A DNA stretch of 45,250 nt, filler included, from Sphacelaria rigidula (GCA_964200075.2; 2 parts of 2 records of this genome joined end to end with filler, not necessarily neighbours in it); one strand, 5' to 3'. Positions 12,801 to 23,926 are shown, counted from the first letter of the whole stretch. Notes: generated by a model not told the origin, from the letters alone. Numbers and translations: made by a program.

Positions 12801-15480
12801 CTAAGTTCTCAATCTGGATTTTGTTTCTCCGTGGCTGAGTTGTGCCTCACAGGGCCTTCTCTTGGAGTTGTGCTTAGGGCATGCTTCTTTGCATCTAGCG
12901 TGTCGTTCACAAGCATGGTTAGTCATACTCCTGTGGTGGAGTCTGGCTCACTTTTCATTCGCGTTATAACTCCGTATCGCCATCCTGTTCTTGTTTGAAC
13001 TCCTGTAATCGCTCTCTACAGGAATTATCAAGGTTTCCTTGTGTCTTGTTTCACAAAGCCCACCTTTTCCAGTTTCTGATCGTTTGTTCTCCCCGTGTTA
13101 TTCAACGTTTCCATGAGCGCATGCAAATTTCGTCCCTGTCGTCTTCTATTTACCGTGTCTGATCCATGCTGAGTGTTCGCCGCGCTTAGTTTTATTGGGT
13201 ACTTTGACGTGTATAGGTATGTTGTGTGTGTTTTGCTTTTTCTAGTCTCCGTCAAGACCGCTGTTATTTCGCTCGCCCCTCCTCCGACTGAATTTGCAAC
13301 TTCTCGAATGATGCTCTTGCTTTTCCTCAGGTTTTGGGATTGGAGTATGTGATTGCCTTGGGTGCAGCAGCCTCGAGCCTCATTGGTGCACTTGAATTTA
13401 CAGGTGCATCCCGCTTGTTTTTTTAGATATTCTTGTGTCACGTTCGTTGCTGAACATCAAGTGCATCGCCCAATTATTTTTTCGGTCTACAGGTGATGGA
13501 GGGTAAGCAATGCGGTTGTCTCAACTACAACCTCGAGAGCGGCGATGACTACATCACCATCTTGAACGATATGGCGATGGCTGGGCAGATACTGGGTGAT
13601 GTCGGTTCGGACACCCTGAGAAAAGTTGTGGCAACTCTGTGCAGTGGCCTTATGAACGATGGCGACCACCTGCAGGTGCGTCAGTTGACAGTGATGACAA
13701 ATTATACTCCAGTTTTGCGCACCACGTGTGATGGCACTCTGTACCTTTCCCTGCTGGAGCAGGACGGGTAATGTTTACTCCGAACGTCGGGAGCTGAGGA
13801 ACGGGCGTTGAATGGAGTCGGAGGTACCGCCTTGAGTTCGGAGTTGTGATCACAAAATAATCTTGTGCGTGTCGAAGACTGTTGTACGATGAACTATAGT
13901 AGGACGTCAGGAGAACGATCTGGGTAATTTCGAAAAAATCGTCACGGACGTGATTCCATGGCATCACGAAAGCGCACCACACACAACAAACATGCTCCAT
14001 CTGTCACACATGGTAGTCACGCCGAACGTATCTCTGAAAGACTCGAACAGGACGCCTGGTTTGGTGTTGGCAGCGCTGGTGGCATAGCCCACAGTCGAAG
14101 GAGGCACCTCACGAAGCGGTGAACACCGAACATATGTACGCGACTCGGCTCGAAAATAACCATGGGTTCCCGAACTCCACAGATTTGACAACGAGCATCA
14201 TGTATATGGAGCTAGGAATCTAATGCCAACGGGCAAGTTTGCTCCAATTTTTCGGGGGACGAGTTCAATCCAGTCAAGCAAATTCTTTGCCATCGAGGTA
14301 GCGTACAGTATCGTGGGAAAATTGAGCTTCCCGATTTGGTGCGAGATGTGAAGTGCACCTCACTAGGTCCTTATCGAATTCAGTAGTGTGCGACAAATAA
14401 TCAACCCGCCCATTTCGTGTGGAATGAACAGGCGAGCTCATCACTCGACCCCTCTTTCTGGGTGACGCATCCCACAATGGAACGGCTCTTCATGTTCAAG
14501 CGTCTCACCGGCACCATGACCGACCTTACTTGGCCGGACGCTGATCTTTCGTACGACGACGTTACCGGCGAGATGGTGACGGAGGTAAAGTTGAACTCGA
14601 GATGTTCGAGATGCTGCGGCGTCCCGAGTTGTGAAGCCGTTCGTTGAGTTCCCTGACCGTTGAAACGAGGGATGGCGTCGATGTCTCTTGGGGTCCAGTT
14701 GTTGATTTGCGCGACATGCGTTCCGTGTTACCTTCTGCAGCGGTTGGTGGAGACGGGACATGATCGTTGTTTGTGTGTTCGTTAATCGGTCGGCACTCAG
14801 ATCGTTCAACGCGTCCATTGCCTGAAGACCCTCGTATTCCATGCAAATATCAAACTTCTCAGTATGTCATGTCCATAATTTCTAGGGAGGGATACGTGAC
14901 ACGGCGTGACACATGACGTGACACATGACGTGAGACACTTTCTACGATAGCCCCCCACCAAAAAGTGTATGGTTTTGGGAGGCAAAATCTTGACCTAAAT
15001 CGAAATGGGGAGAAGGCGAGCACAACGAGCAGCTAGAAATTCCCACGTTTGGGTTCGTTCTAGCGAATGTTGACAATGTGAGGCGCTTCATGCAGCCTGA
15101 ACCCGAACATTAGGCGCTGTATGGTCATTTTTTTCGTGACACTTTTGAGCTGGTTTTAGGGAGGGCTGTCGTAAAAAGTGTCGTGAGCGTAAGTTTTGGG
15201 CGTCAAGTTACGTTCATGTTAAATTTTTTCAACGTGATGAACGTCACGTTCACGTTGCGTTAGATTTCCAGATGGCACGTTCACGTTACGTTAAATTTGA
15301 CAAACGTGACGGGCGTCACGTGTCACGTTATGTTAAATTGCCAAAACGTTCAAATCACGTATTATGTAACGTTTCATGTAACGTGTCACGTATATCGTAT
15401 TTTTTACGTGACACGTGAAGTATACGTGACACGTAACATGAAACGTTACATAACACGTGACGCGTTACGTGTAAACATAG

Positions 15481-15518
<38 letters not shown>

Positions 15519-18500
15519 CCATCGTTTCATTTCATTTTATTTGCTTTGTTCTTTCCTCTTCTTTTCCTTTTTCTCGTGTAAGGTCGGCCATTTCTTTCTG
15601 TGCTTTGCTTGTGTTGACTTTTATTTTTTTTGTCACGACTTATCTGCTACGTCGTTCTGTTCGACCCCTCTTTTTTTTTTTCTCCCTTGGAGCGTTTTTT
15701 AGTTTCGTTTTTCTCGGGTACGTGTCATGAGACCATGGCTGGACCCCTGGGGGATCAGTTGAAGTGCGACAATCAATCAAATCAAAATGATGCGTCATGA
15801 ACACGTAACATGAAGCGGTGAACACTTCAACTCAGCAATTAATTTTGAAATGCTACAAGATTAAAGATTGTGCTTCAAGAAACACGTGTGAGTTTGAATG
15901 ACCACGGTATAGAACATCCTCTGGCGGCAAGTTCGCGCTCTACCCCACAGCTGACATTACAACTCATTATCGCAGCACAGCACCACAACATTATGATCAT
16001 CTCGACCATATTTAGTTGTTTTTTGTTCTTTATTCCCTTCAATGTACTATTCTGTTGAGGTTTTTTGGTGACACTATCGCGCGCTACAATCTGTTGTTTC
16101 GTTGTTTTGTTGATTTTATTCTCTTTATTTTCACTTTTCGTTATTCGCTTAATTTTTTTTCTCGTCAAAGTAGCGAGCGTTTTTTTTTTCCATGTTGGAT
16201 GCATGTGTCCTGCGCTCACGGCTGGTTTCGTGGCGGTTTGATCTGATGGAAAAGTGGAGAATCCATCAATCTGTACAGTGAAACCAAAGCTTGTCAAGCC
16301 AGAGAAATGTGTAGATTGCTTGGCGGTATAAACCTGTCATACACGTGTAGAACCAAGGGTACCGACGTAGTTCTGTCTGCGAAATGCCAGGAAGACTCAA
16401 GCCGGCGTTCAATCACATTCGCGAATTATTGTATGTACAGTTTGTGCTGTCGTGCGAATGACCAAGCATTCGAATCTTGAAAATTTGAAATGAGACAGTG
16501 AAAAGACAGGGAAACTTATCCGGTCAAGGACGAATGCATGATACACTTGAGAAAAAAGAACGTTATGCACTCGGATAATGCGCCTACGATCAAACATGCG
16601 ATGGACGACCGTCAGTGCTACGTACACGGTGACTTCACGCGTCACACGACACGTCAAAACACCTCCAACACTGGTGAATAAGCCGCGATATGCATAGAAT
16701 GAAACGTTGCAGTCGAATGTGACAAGTGTCAATGTCACAATACATATTACGCGACACGTGGCAATGTTACGTTACATAACACGTGACACGTGACAATGTC
16801 ACGTTACATGTAACGAAACGTCTCGTTCATTTTTTTTTACGTGATCAACGTCACGTTCATGTTCCGTGAAATTTCCAGATGGCACATTCACGTCACGTTT
16901 AATTTTCCAAACGTGACACGCGTCACGTGTCACGTTACGTTAAATTTTACGAAAGTGATTCACGCCACGTTCACGTACACGTGTCACGTATCCCTCCCTG
17001 ATAATTTTTCCTTCCCAGTTCCTCCCTTGCCTCCAACCAATCCCCTGCCTCCTTGCAACGTTTTCCAGCCACCTTTCGCAATGCATCCGAAGCTAAACCC
17101 CATGAGCTGGGCTAGGCCAGCTTAGGAGCGGATCTGTAGGTTGCAGGCACAAGTCAGTTATCAACTCAATTAGTGCGAACGACTTTGAAATTTGGTACGG
17201 AGGATGAACAAAGCAACATGGAAATATTGACTTGGGGGCTTATATGTTTTCAAGAGCTGAATGACACTTGCTGAAGATTATATCTCGATTACTGCCCTCA
17301 ACTCGGGGAAAAAACATCATCATATCCAACAGTGATGTTGAATTGCAACTCCCGAGATTGAGGCGTGATGGGATTTCACAGACCACCTACTAGCCATGGT
17401 TGCTTGTGGAAATTCACCAGGGCGCGATGAATCAAAAAGATGGGGCAGGTTGATTTCCCCTCACTCTTTTTTCACGATGTGAGGACGTTCAGTATGTTCG
17501 AGACCACTTTTTCACCAGAAGGTCCCTAAATTACCCATGAAAAATTTAATACCTACTTTCTCGTTTCACGATGCCGTTACGGTTCTCGATACTTGACTTC
17601 GAATCACAATTCAGATTTGACGCATTTAGTGCCTTCGGTTTACTGTGAAATATTAGCTGCACCTCATATCTAGATGACGAATTAGGTGTGAGGGGAGCTT
17701 ACCGATCGTTTCCCAGCGTCACAGAGAATGCTTACTCCAAAAACCGTCATCATCCGCGGTATATATCGTTTGGGATTTCATGTAGACTTCAGTATGGACT
17801 GTCATCTCTGTAAGGTACAGGAAGTACTCGCCATGCCGTCCAACCAACGAAAAGTATTTGACTCAGACTTTCCAGCGAATGGGCATCTTCCCCTTGTTTA
17901 GACGATGAAAAGATGTGCGGATCACGGCCCACTTCGTCTGTGTCGATTTTATAAGTGTGAGCTTTTGAATCCGTTTTTGCGATGGCCCAGCTACTATTCC
18001 CCTAAAGTTGCAGGAGCGTACCATCCCTCTTTTGTATATAGCAATGCGCTTTCGTCTCATCTAAGCCCATCACCCTACTACTCCGTATTCTACTGCTACA
18101 GACTATTAGTCTCAGCGGCGACAGCTGCGTAGGCCACCGTGGAAGCGATGTGTTCCCGTTCGGTTTCGGGGCGGATTCGGGCAGTGCGGATTTCAAGACC
18201 CGATCTGGATTCAAGGACGACACCGACACGGACAACAAACTGTCCAATCGACAGGTACTGCAAATGCTCGACCCTCGCGTTAATGGCCTCAACTACATCT
18301 ACGACAACTTCGACTGGCCGCAGTGAGTATTTTTACATGAAGAGTGAGCCAAAAATGCGACGTGAGAGAGCGTAGTACTGGTCACAGATTACGTGCAAGC
18401 ACTGTGTAGTCCCTCTTCAATCTTCATTCATTGGGTTTCATACCATTTTTGAGTGATTTGTGATTCTTTCCGGTCACTTGTGAGTTGCTTTTCCTATGAG

Positions 18501-19281
18501 CACTGCTTCCGAGTGTTTTTTATTTTCATAAAACTCTTGCGACATTGGATTGCCCAATGTAGCACGGGATCCAATCGAAATCTTGCGTACGGGAACACAC
18601 ACACACGGTGACGTGCTGAATGAGCAGCGTAGAGCTTGTCTCGCGGTAAAAAGTACCAGGGGGGCTGGTATTCATGCGCCTGTAGACGGAACCGGCGCAC
18701 ATTTATATTCCATGTTCCATTTGCCCCTGCATCTGCCCTTCCTTTGCTCACACTTTCGCTCCATGCATTAAATCAATTCGATAAATATAAGAATTGAAGA
18801 CGTCACTTGACATATGATAAAAAAATCTATGAGCTACTGTATACCATGTGCTGTGCTGCGTTCAAATGCTTCGTCTTACATTTTCGCATCATTATCGGTG
18901 TCCTGCCAACAATGGTACACACTTCGCGTTGCATGTCGGGGCGGTGTGCTGTAAAGGGTTGTGTACCATTATCATGTACGGGTTGAAGTCGAGAGGGTGC
19001 CGATAAAATCGATCCAGGATGAGTATACCTCCTATTGGCACATGCAGTGTGCATACTCTTGCCTGGATAGGGCTCATGGAATACCACTTCTTTTTTACCA
19101 TTGCCTTCTACACTGCTTGAGCAGCTGCGCCGCAGACGGGTACGACATGAACGATGCTTGGGATTCGGGGAATACTCCAGCGAGTGAACGAACGACCTTC
19201 AAAATGGGGGAGCCAAGGTTGCCTCAATACTCCAAGTTGGTCAAGGACTTGCGCAGTCATTCGTCGAAGACGTCCACCTGA
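6722..19281 (+). CDS. Tyrosinase-family (type-3 di-copper, polyphenol oxidase-like) protein, 9 visible exons, 5'-incomplete
   Basis: Exons 6722-6850, 8215-8436, 8789-8907, 10549-10735, 12626-12772, 13493-13675, 14432-14584, 18102-18322 and 19125-19281 are joined by GT-AG introns with compatible phases. They total 1518 nt = 505 aa + TGA with no internal stop. Motifs: CuA (RLHF; CDH|FHDGLGFLTSH, H-x8-H), PYWDF, CuB (PHGPVHVWLGG; DPSFWVTHPTMER), C-terminal YIYDNFDWPHC. Confidence 0.9.
8215..8436 (+). CDS. Tyrosinase exon (CuA His 2/3, PYWDF)
   Basis: ttacag|TTCCAC...CAGATG|gtacgt; FHDGLGFLTSHSLLTNTFEYSLQRVNPKLTVPYWDF...; 222 nt. Confidence 0.92.
8789..8907 (+). CDS. Tyrosinase exon
   Basis: gcacag|GTTAAG...CGAGC|gtgagt; VKDGRWAYTEVPRVV...LRAAWNVNDR; ends in phase 2, matching the next exon. 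Confidence 0.88.
9705..10128. repeat. Long inverted repeat (foldback), arms ~9705-9863 and ~9967-10128
   Basis: CAGGGAAAATCGCCAACACACGTC and TCAGATTCGCTTGGCT-CGAGGTTTC recur as reverse complements. The ORF track shows LFDP(L/Q)TGKIANTR on both strands. Confidence 0.85.
10549..10735 (+). CDS. Tyrosinase exon (CuB His 1/2)
   Basis: tcacag|ATATTTG...TGTCAG|gtgtga; YLSRGFGDMCG...YDPHGPVHVWLGGVMDCQ. Confidence 0.9.
10951..12072. mobile_element. Tc1/mariner-type MITE (TA TSD) in tyrosinase intron
   Basis: TA|CAGGCTGGATCGCCCAAG ... CTTAGGCGCGGCCCAGCCTG|TA. It shares the CAGGCTGG terminus with 4444-5531 and is colinear with ~1270-2150. Confidence 0.8.
12626..12772 (+). CDS. Tyrosinase exon (insertion within CuB region)
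   Basis: ccacag|GAAACC...TACGAG|gtaatg; 147 nt, ETYAKVADLVGIDKATNLAYYSFIHRKNLFRDGFWGCEG... Confidence 0.82.
13493..13675 (+). CDS. Tyrosinase exon (insertion within CuB region)
   Basis: ctacag|GTGATG...CTGCAG|gtgcgt; 183 nt, VMEGKQCGCLNY...LCSGLMNDGDHLQ. Confidence 0.85.
14432..14584 (+). CDS. Tyrosinase exon (CuB His 3)
   Basis: gaacag|GCGAGC...ACGGAG|gtaaag; ASSSLDPSFWVTHPTMERLFMFKRL...; 153 nt. Confidence 0.92.
14883..17000. mobile_element. Non-autonomous hAT-like DNA transposon (2.1 kb) in tyrosinase intron
   Basis: 21-bp TIR (T/C)AGGGAGGGATACGTGACACG; TSD ATAATTTC / ATAATTTT (7/8); dense subterminal ACGTGAC/GTCACGT motifs; internal block ~15205-15395 repeated at ~16825-16990; (AT)n at 15485-15516. 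Confidence 0.88.
18102..18322 (+). CDS. Tyrosinase exon
   Basis: ctacag|ACTATT...CCGCA|gtgagt; TISLSGDSCVGHRGSDVFPF...LDPRVNGLNYIYDNFDWP. This frame is not shown in the ORF track. Confidence 0.87.
19125..19281 (+). CDS. Tyrosinase terminal exon
   Basis: gagcag|CTGCGCC completes the His codon (CA|C), then CAADGYDMNDAWDSG...SSKTST-TGA. Confidence 0.82.
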
Positions 19282-21974
19282 GTACGACCAACTAGTGTTT
19301 CAGTGCTTGTAGAATGGAGTGATCGTTTGTAGTGCCCATGTTGATCGGTGTTGCTGCTTGTTGGTAGCGGTGTTTCGCTTCAGAAGACGATTCGTTCGGG
19401 TGGATCAAGCGTCCTTCTTATTCATCATCAAAGGCTCCTTCTTGTGTTGTGTCTCTAGGAGGAGCATTATCTAGTCCACAGATGAGCGTTTAACCAAGTG
19501 CTCAACACTGGATGATGGTGCCGTCGTTCCATCCGCCCCGCTTTGAAGGTGGTGGAAGGCGAGGATTTGTTGACGAGGTCGGCTGAGCCCGAGCTCGACC
19601 ACAGTTGCAAATTTCGCGTGCAGGCCGTATTTTCTAGTCAACTGACCGTTGCGCGGTAGAGGATATCGAGAGGGGGAGAAATATAGTCCGGGCGGCAATC
19701 GGTCACCTCGCACTTATTTTACACTTGAAATATTGCGAGTGACTGCAATCGTGAGTCGAGAACCAGTTAACGTGTTGGGGATTCCGTTGTGCCTTGCCAG
19801 GCTAGTGACTACCATCAACGTGCTCTGCTGGAGGAAAATAATTCCGCTTCCTGTTGAAAGTGGAACTGGGACGTTTTTTTCTCATGTATAGTCCCCATGA
19901 ACGACCAACCGTTCTTGATACTGCTATTATACAACTGTGCTGTTTCCATCTCGTGTCCATTTTTATACGATGATTGGTGTGCGTTTAGTCAAGACGGGCT
20001 TTCCTTGACCGATGGGCTGACCTCAATGCGTCACGCAGCTAGCCGTACTTTTGAACTTTTTGAGTGCTCGTAGGTGGAAATCCACCTCTTCACGATGCTG
20101 GTTCCACAGATGGGGCCTTCTGGCTGGTTGAGGGGTTCGAATATCGCCAAGTCGGGATGTATATCATGGTGTTGTGTACTCGTGAATGTTTGGAAGTAGA
20201 CACGATGGGTGGGACTTTCACTTGAAGTGGATGAGCAAAAATTTGGTGTTTCCGAAAAAGACTTTCAACTCCGCAACAGCGCTCTAATCTATGCCCATGA
20301 CCGATTGGGTCATTTCAACTGATGCCCTTTGGATGCCGTTGAATCCGTCATTCCTTGGCCGTGATTCCTCGAGGCGAGGAAAGCGTTAGGTGAGGATTTT
20401 TTTCGCTGCAGTTGAAGTTGTAGGGAATGCAATGATACTGTTATCATCGGAACATGGGGTCGGTTGCAGTGAAGTGTAGGGCGAAAAGGTCTTCGTGTCT
20501 TCTACGATGAGGCCGCTTCTCATGGCAAATATACACATGTCCGAAAGTGCTTTTTTGGAGCCATTACGTCGTTTCACGCGCTGGAAGAGGGTGAGGCGAA
20601 TTTTGACACGTTGGGATGGCTTCGTGTACTCGTGGAAACGGCTCCAGCATACCGCTGCGCTTTTTGGTGTTAGAAGCTTTCTTGTCCAAACTAGTATCTT
20701 TCTTGCAGATGGGTTTAGTCCAGACCAATTTTTAATCTGCGGTCTTCGAGAAAAATGCAACTTTGGGTAAGGGGACTGCGGCCACCGGGAGGGGTGTACG
20801 GGAACCGTCTGTCTCATCGAGTAGAGCAAGGCATTTCATGGTGCCATTATTTGTCTAGCTCCGTCTTGAGTACTTGAACAACGAAACAACTCCAAATCAG
20901 CATTTTTTCATTCAAATCCGTCCGCCATCATGAGTGGCTTGAGACACCAGTAAATGTGTCCTGGTTGGATGAGGGGTGAGGGCGCAATGGGCGTTCGTAG
21001 TTTAGTGTTGCGCGCATCATACGTGCTGCACTGAAGGAAGTCTCGGCTGTGTACTGATGCTCTCCATCGACTTTTGGTTTTATGATGAGGAGCATGGGCG
21101 AGTTTTACTAGATGTTTTGGAATGTTTCGTTTTTTTGCATTTGGGCGCAAACGATGTGATGGGCCGCAGTTGTCGATACAGTATTTCCAAAATCTTGGAT
21201 GTACCGTGAGCGCATCGCGCAATGACGCCAGGAACGGTTGTACGTGAGAAGTACGTTGAGTGTAATAAACCTGTGAAATGTGAGAGTTCCCCAACATGAG
21301 CTTCGGCATTTCACGTTGAAAAAAATGTTTTTTACTTGTGTTTTTAGTGATGTATGAAACGTTGAAATACCTTCATGATGCAAAATCCAAGACTACCAAT
21401 GTTAACGAGAGATCGAGAGTTCAAGATACCTCTGACAGGAGGGTTTTCACTCGAACTACAAGACTCGGGCAGGACAGGGGCGGGAAATCCTGGCGTTCAA
21501 GACGTTGATGTTCACCAGCAATTTTTGGGAAAAACACCCATCATGTACGACATGGATAAATGCCGTTCAACGTTGATGTTCCACTGTTTACCGTGTGAAC
21601 TCTCAGATGCGACAATGAGGGACAATTCTGCCGATCATGAACATGTTCAAATCTCCGTGTGGAGAGTCCGGAATATGTCACAAGATGAATGTCGATGAAG
21701 TTCCGACGAGGGCAGCAAAAGTTCTTGGAACAGCTGTGCCGCGTATCACGTAATCATTGTTGTTACTCGTATCACACCGTCGAGCTGGAAACTTGTATTG
21801 CAAGCGATCGAGCGAATTTCATGCTTGTGTTATAATGGTGTAGCCAATGCATTGGCTGAGGTATCTCAGTACGAGTACCAGGAGATAACACGGGATCTTA
21901 CGAAACGAGGATGGATCTTTTCGCACGTCGGACGAGTCAAGACTCGTCGAAACGAGTGCAGTCGTCGATGTTTG

Positions 21975-22176
21975 CACAACGAGCATGACTCGTGTGCTCG
22001 AGTCATCACTTTTTATTACAACGAGCATTGACTCGTGTGCTCGCCCATTTCTTTTTTTCCCACCACGAGCAATGACTCGAGTGCTCGCCCTATTAGATGT
22101 TTCCACAACAAGCATTGACTCGAGTGCTCGCCCTAATAATATTTTCCACACCGACCAATGACTCGAGTGCTCGCCC
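21975..22176. repeat. Array of five palindromic ~30-bp repeats, 43-44-bp period
   Basis: TGACTCG(T/A)GTGCTCG at 21986, 22029, 22073, 22116 and 22159. Consensus CAC(A/C)ACGAGCA(T/A)TGACTCG(T/A)GTGCTCGCCC, separated by variable 12-13-nt AT-rich linkers. Confidence 0.88.
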
Positions 22177-22588
22177 GTATCAACCCTTTTTCACAGGACC
22201 GATCCCTCACTAACACTAGGTTGACCATGTCTTCGTGAAATAGTAACAAGTAAGTCAGGGAGCGACCTGCCCAATCACGGCGAGGCGAAATGTATCGACC
22301 AGACCCGATCGGCGAGCGCGGGGACTGTTGCCGAGTGTGATGTCACTGCAAAGATTGTGTGGGGGCCCTATCCCTGGCCCAGATAAGCCTTCCCAGGTTT
22401 CTAAAGCCAGGGTGCTCGGAGGATGGCTTATCGTATTACTTGTATTCAGTGTAGCGTTCCCGGGGTTTCCCAGGAGTTTTTTGGGGTCGCCAGCCTTTAC
22501 TAAAACGTAGTAATTACACTAACAGTGTTTTCGTGAGATTGAGAGTAGATGATACGATTGAGGGTGAAAAGCGGTCAATGAGTGAATG

Positions 22589-22688
22589 NNNNNNNNNNNN
22601 NNNNNNNNNNNNNNNNNNNNNNNNNNNNNNNNTTAATTAATTAANNNNNNNNNNNNNNNNNNNNNNNNNNNNNNNNNNNNNNNNNNNN
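22589..22688. other. Artificial assembly gap / contig joiner
   Basis: 44 N + TTAATTAATTAA (stops in all six frames) + 44 N = exactly 100 nt. Confidence 0.95.
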
Positions 22689-22753
22689 GGGGCAGTGCCG
22701 GGGGGGAGGGGGAAACCATGCGCTGCGCGCATCCTCCTACCGCGTCGGGGGCG

Positions 22754-22799
<46 letters not shown>

Positions 22800-23448
22800 C
22801 GCATTCGTAGCTTGCCTTAGTCGTGTGACCATTGACCACGCATCCCTTTTGAGACGGAGCACCATTCCTACTCCTGTTAGAGACACCTCCAACATTCCGG
22901 TGCTCATTACTTTTCTTCCATACACCACACGAAAACCTTTTACATATCTGATCCTCGTCCTGTTTCGCCGTCTGTGGCCACCATCTATCGCCTAGTGTAG
23001 CCATCCTGTTTTCGCTACTGTCTAATGCATCCAACGATTTCATGCCACCTTCGATCACGTCCCGCATTGCTCCCTCGAGCACGTCCCGTTCCTTCTTGTA
23101 TAGTTCACATTCTGCCACTACATGACTTCTGCTCGCTATTGCTTTGGCACAGGGGTAATTCTGTGCATCTACTTTCTCCTTTCGACTACAGGTACATGTA
23201 TTTCTTCTTTTTCGCAAGTCGAAGTCCATCGCCCGAAATCGCACTTTCGCATTTTTCGCCGCGTCCGCTGGGCCATGCAGATATGTTTTCATCCTTATCC
23301 CATCTCTCAATCCCCCGTATATCTTCACATGTTGTTTTCGTCTAATTTGCGTCTGAGCGTCAATAATTCTTTTCTTGTCAACATGTCTTTTTCTTTTGTC
23401 TTGTACCCCGCGCCTTCACCGATGGTCAGTATCTCGTCTTGGTCTCGG
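22800..23448 (-). mobile_element. 5'-truncated non-LTR retrotransposon (LINE) 3' remnant
   Basis: Decayed frame KIYGGLRDGIRMKTYLHGPADAAKNAKVRFR...YPCAKAIASRSHVVAECELY...LGDRWWPQTAKQ. It contains an eroded CxC-x7-H-x4-C zinc-knuckle-like motif typical of LINE ORF2 C-termini, followed by a poly-C tract. The family resemblance is from memory of brown-algal repeats, not from a search. Confidence 0.72.
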
Positions 23449-23734
23449 AGGGGGAGGGGGGGCAGACTCATTTACTGCTTGCCTTTAGTCATTTGACCAG
23501 TGACCATGCATCCATTTCGAGACGGAGGGAGGAGGGGGGGGGGGAGGGGCCTAATGTACAAACGAAACAAACAAGAAACCCCTATGGTATGTACTGGTGC
23601 ATCCGGGACAGCATCAACCGCGTGGTGACTGGTTCGTCCCCTTGTTTAGAAGGACAAGGCACACCATACGCACTGACCATGTACATAATCAAACACCGAT
23701 ACCCGTTCGTGTTGCGGGCCCTCGCTTTACTCAG

Positions 23735-23926
23735 GGTCTGTGGACAGCGACAAGTCAGCGCTGTGCGCTTTGTACGACGGCACTGGTCGTCCATGGCACG
23801 GGAGTCTGGGGAGAAGTCCGAACAGCGCCGAGCCGCTTGCGAATTGGCCTGGCGTTTCCATCAACCGAGAGGGGCGAGTCATTAAGCTGGATCTTAAGGG
23901 CAAACTTGGCGGGGGAACATTGAATG
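23735..23926 (+). pseudogene. ROCO exon: LRR N-terminal cap (LRRNT_2-like)
   Basis: DSDKSALCALYDGTGRPW...PLANWPGVSINREGRVIKLDL matches the D-xx-AL...W...W-x-GV...GRV-x-x-L N-cap pattern. Donor is AATG|gtgagc (phase 1). The 5' boundary (tcag| at 23734) is less certain. Confidence 0.8.

Noticed and set aside
21975-22176. CRISPR array
   Set aside because: Linkers are only 12-13 nt, the context is eukaryotic and no cas genes are present. Kept as a repeat array.
22633-22644. TTAATTAATTAA palindrome as a biological site
   Set aside because: It is centred in an exact 100-nt N block, so it is an assembly linker.
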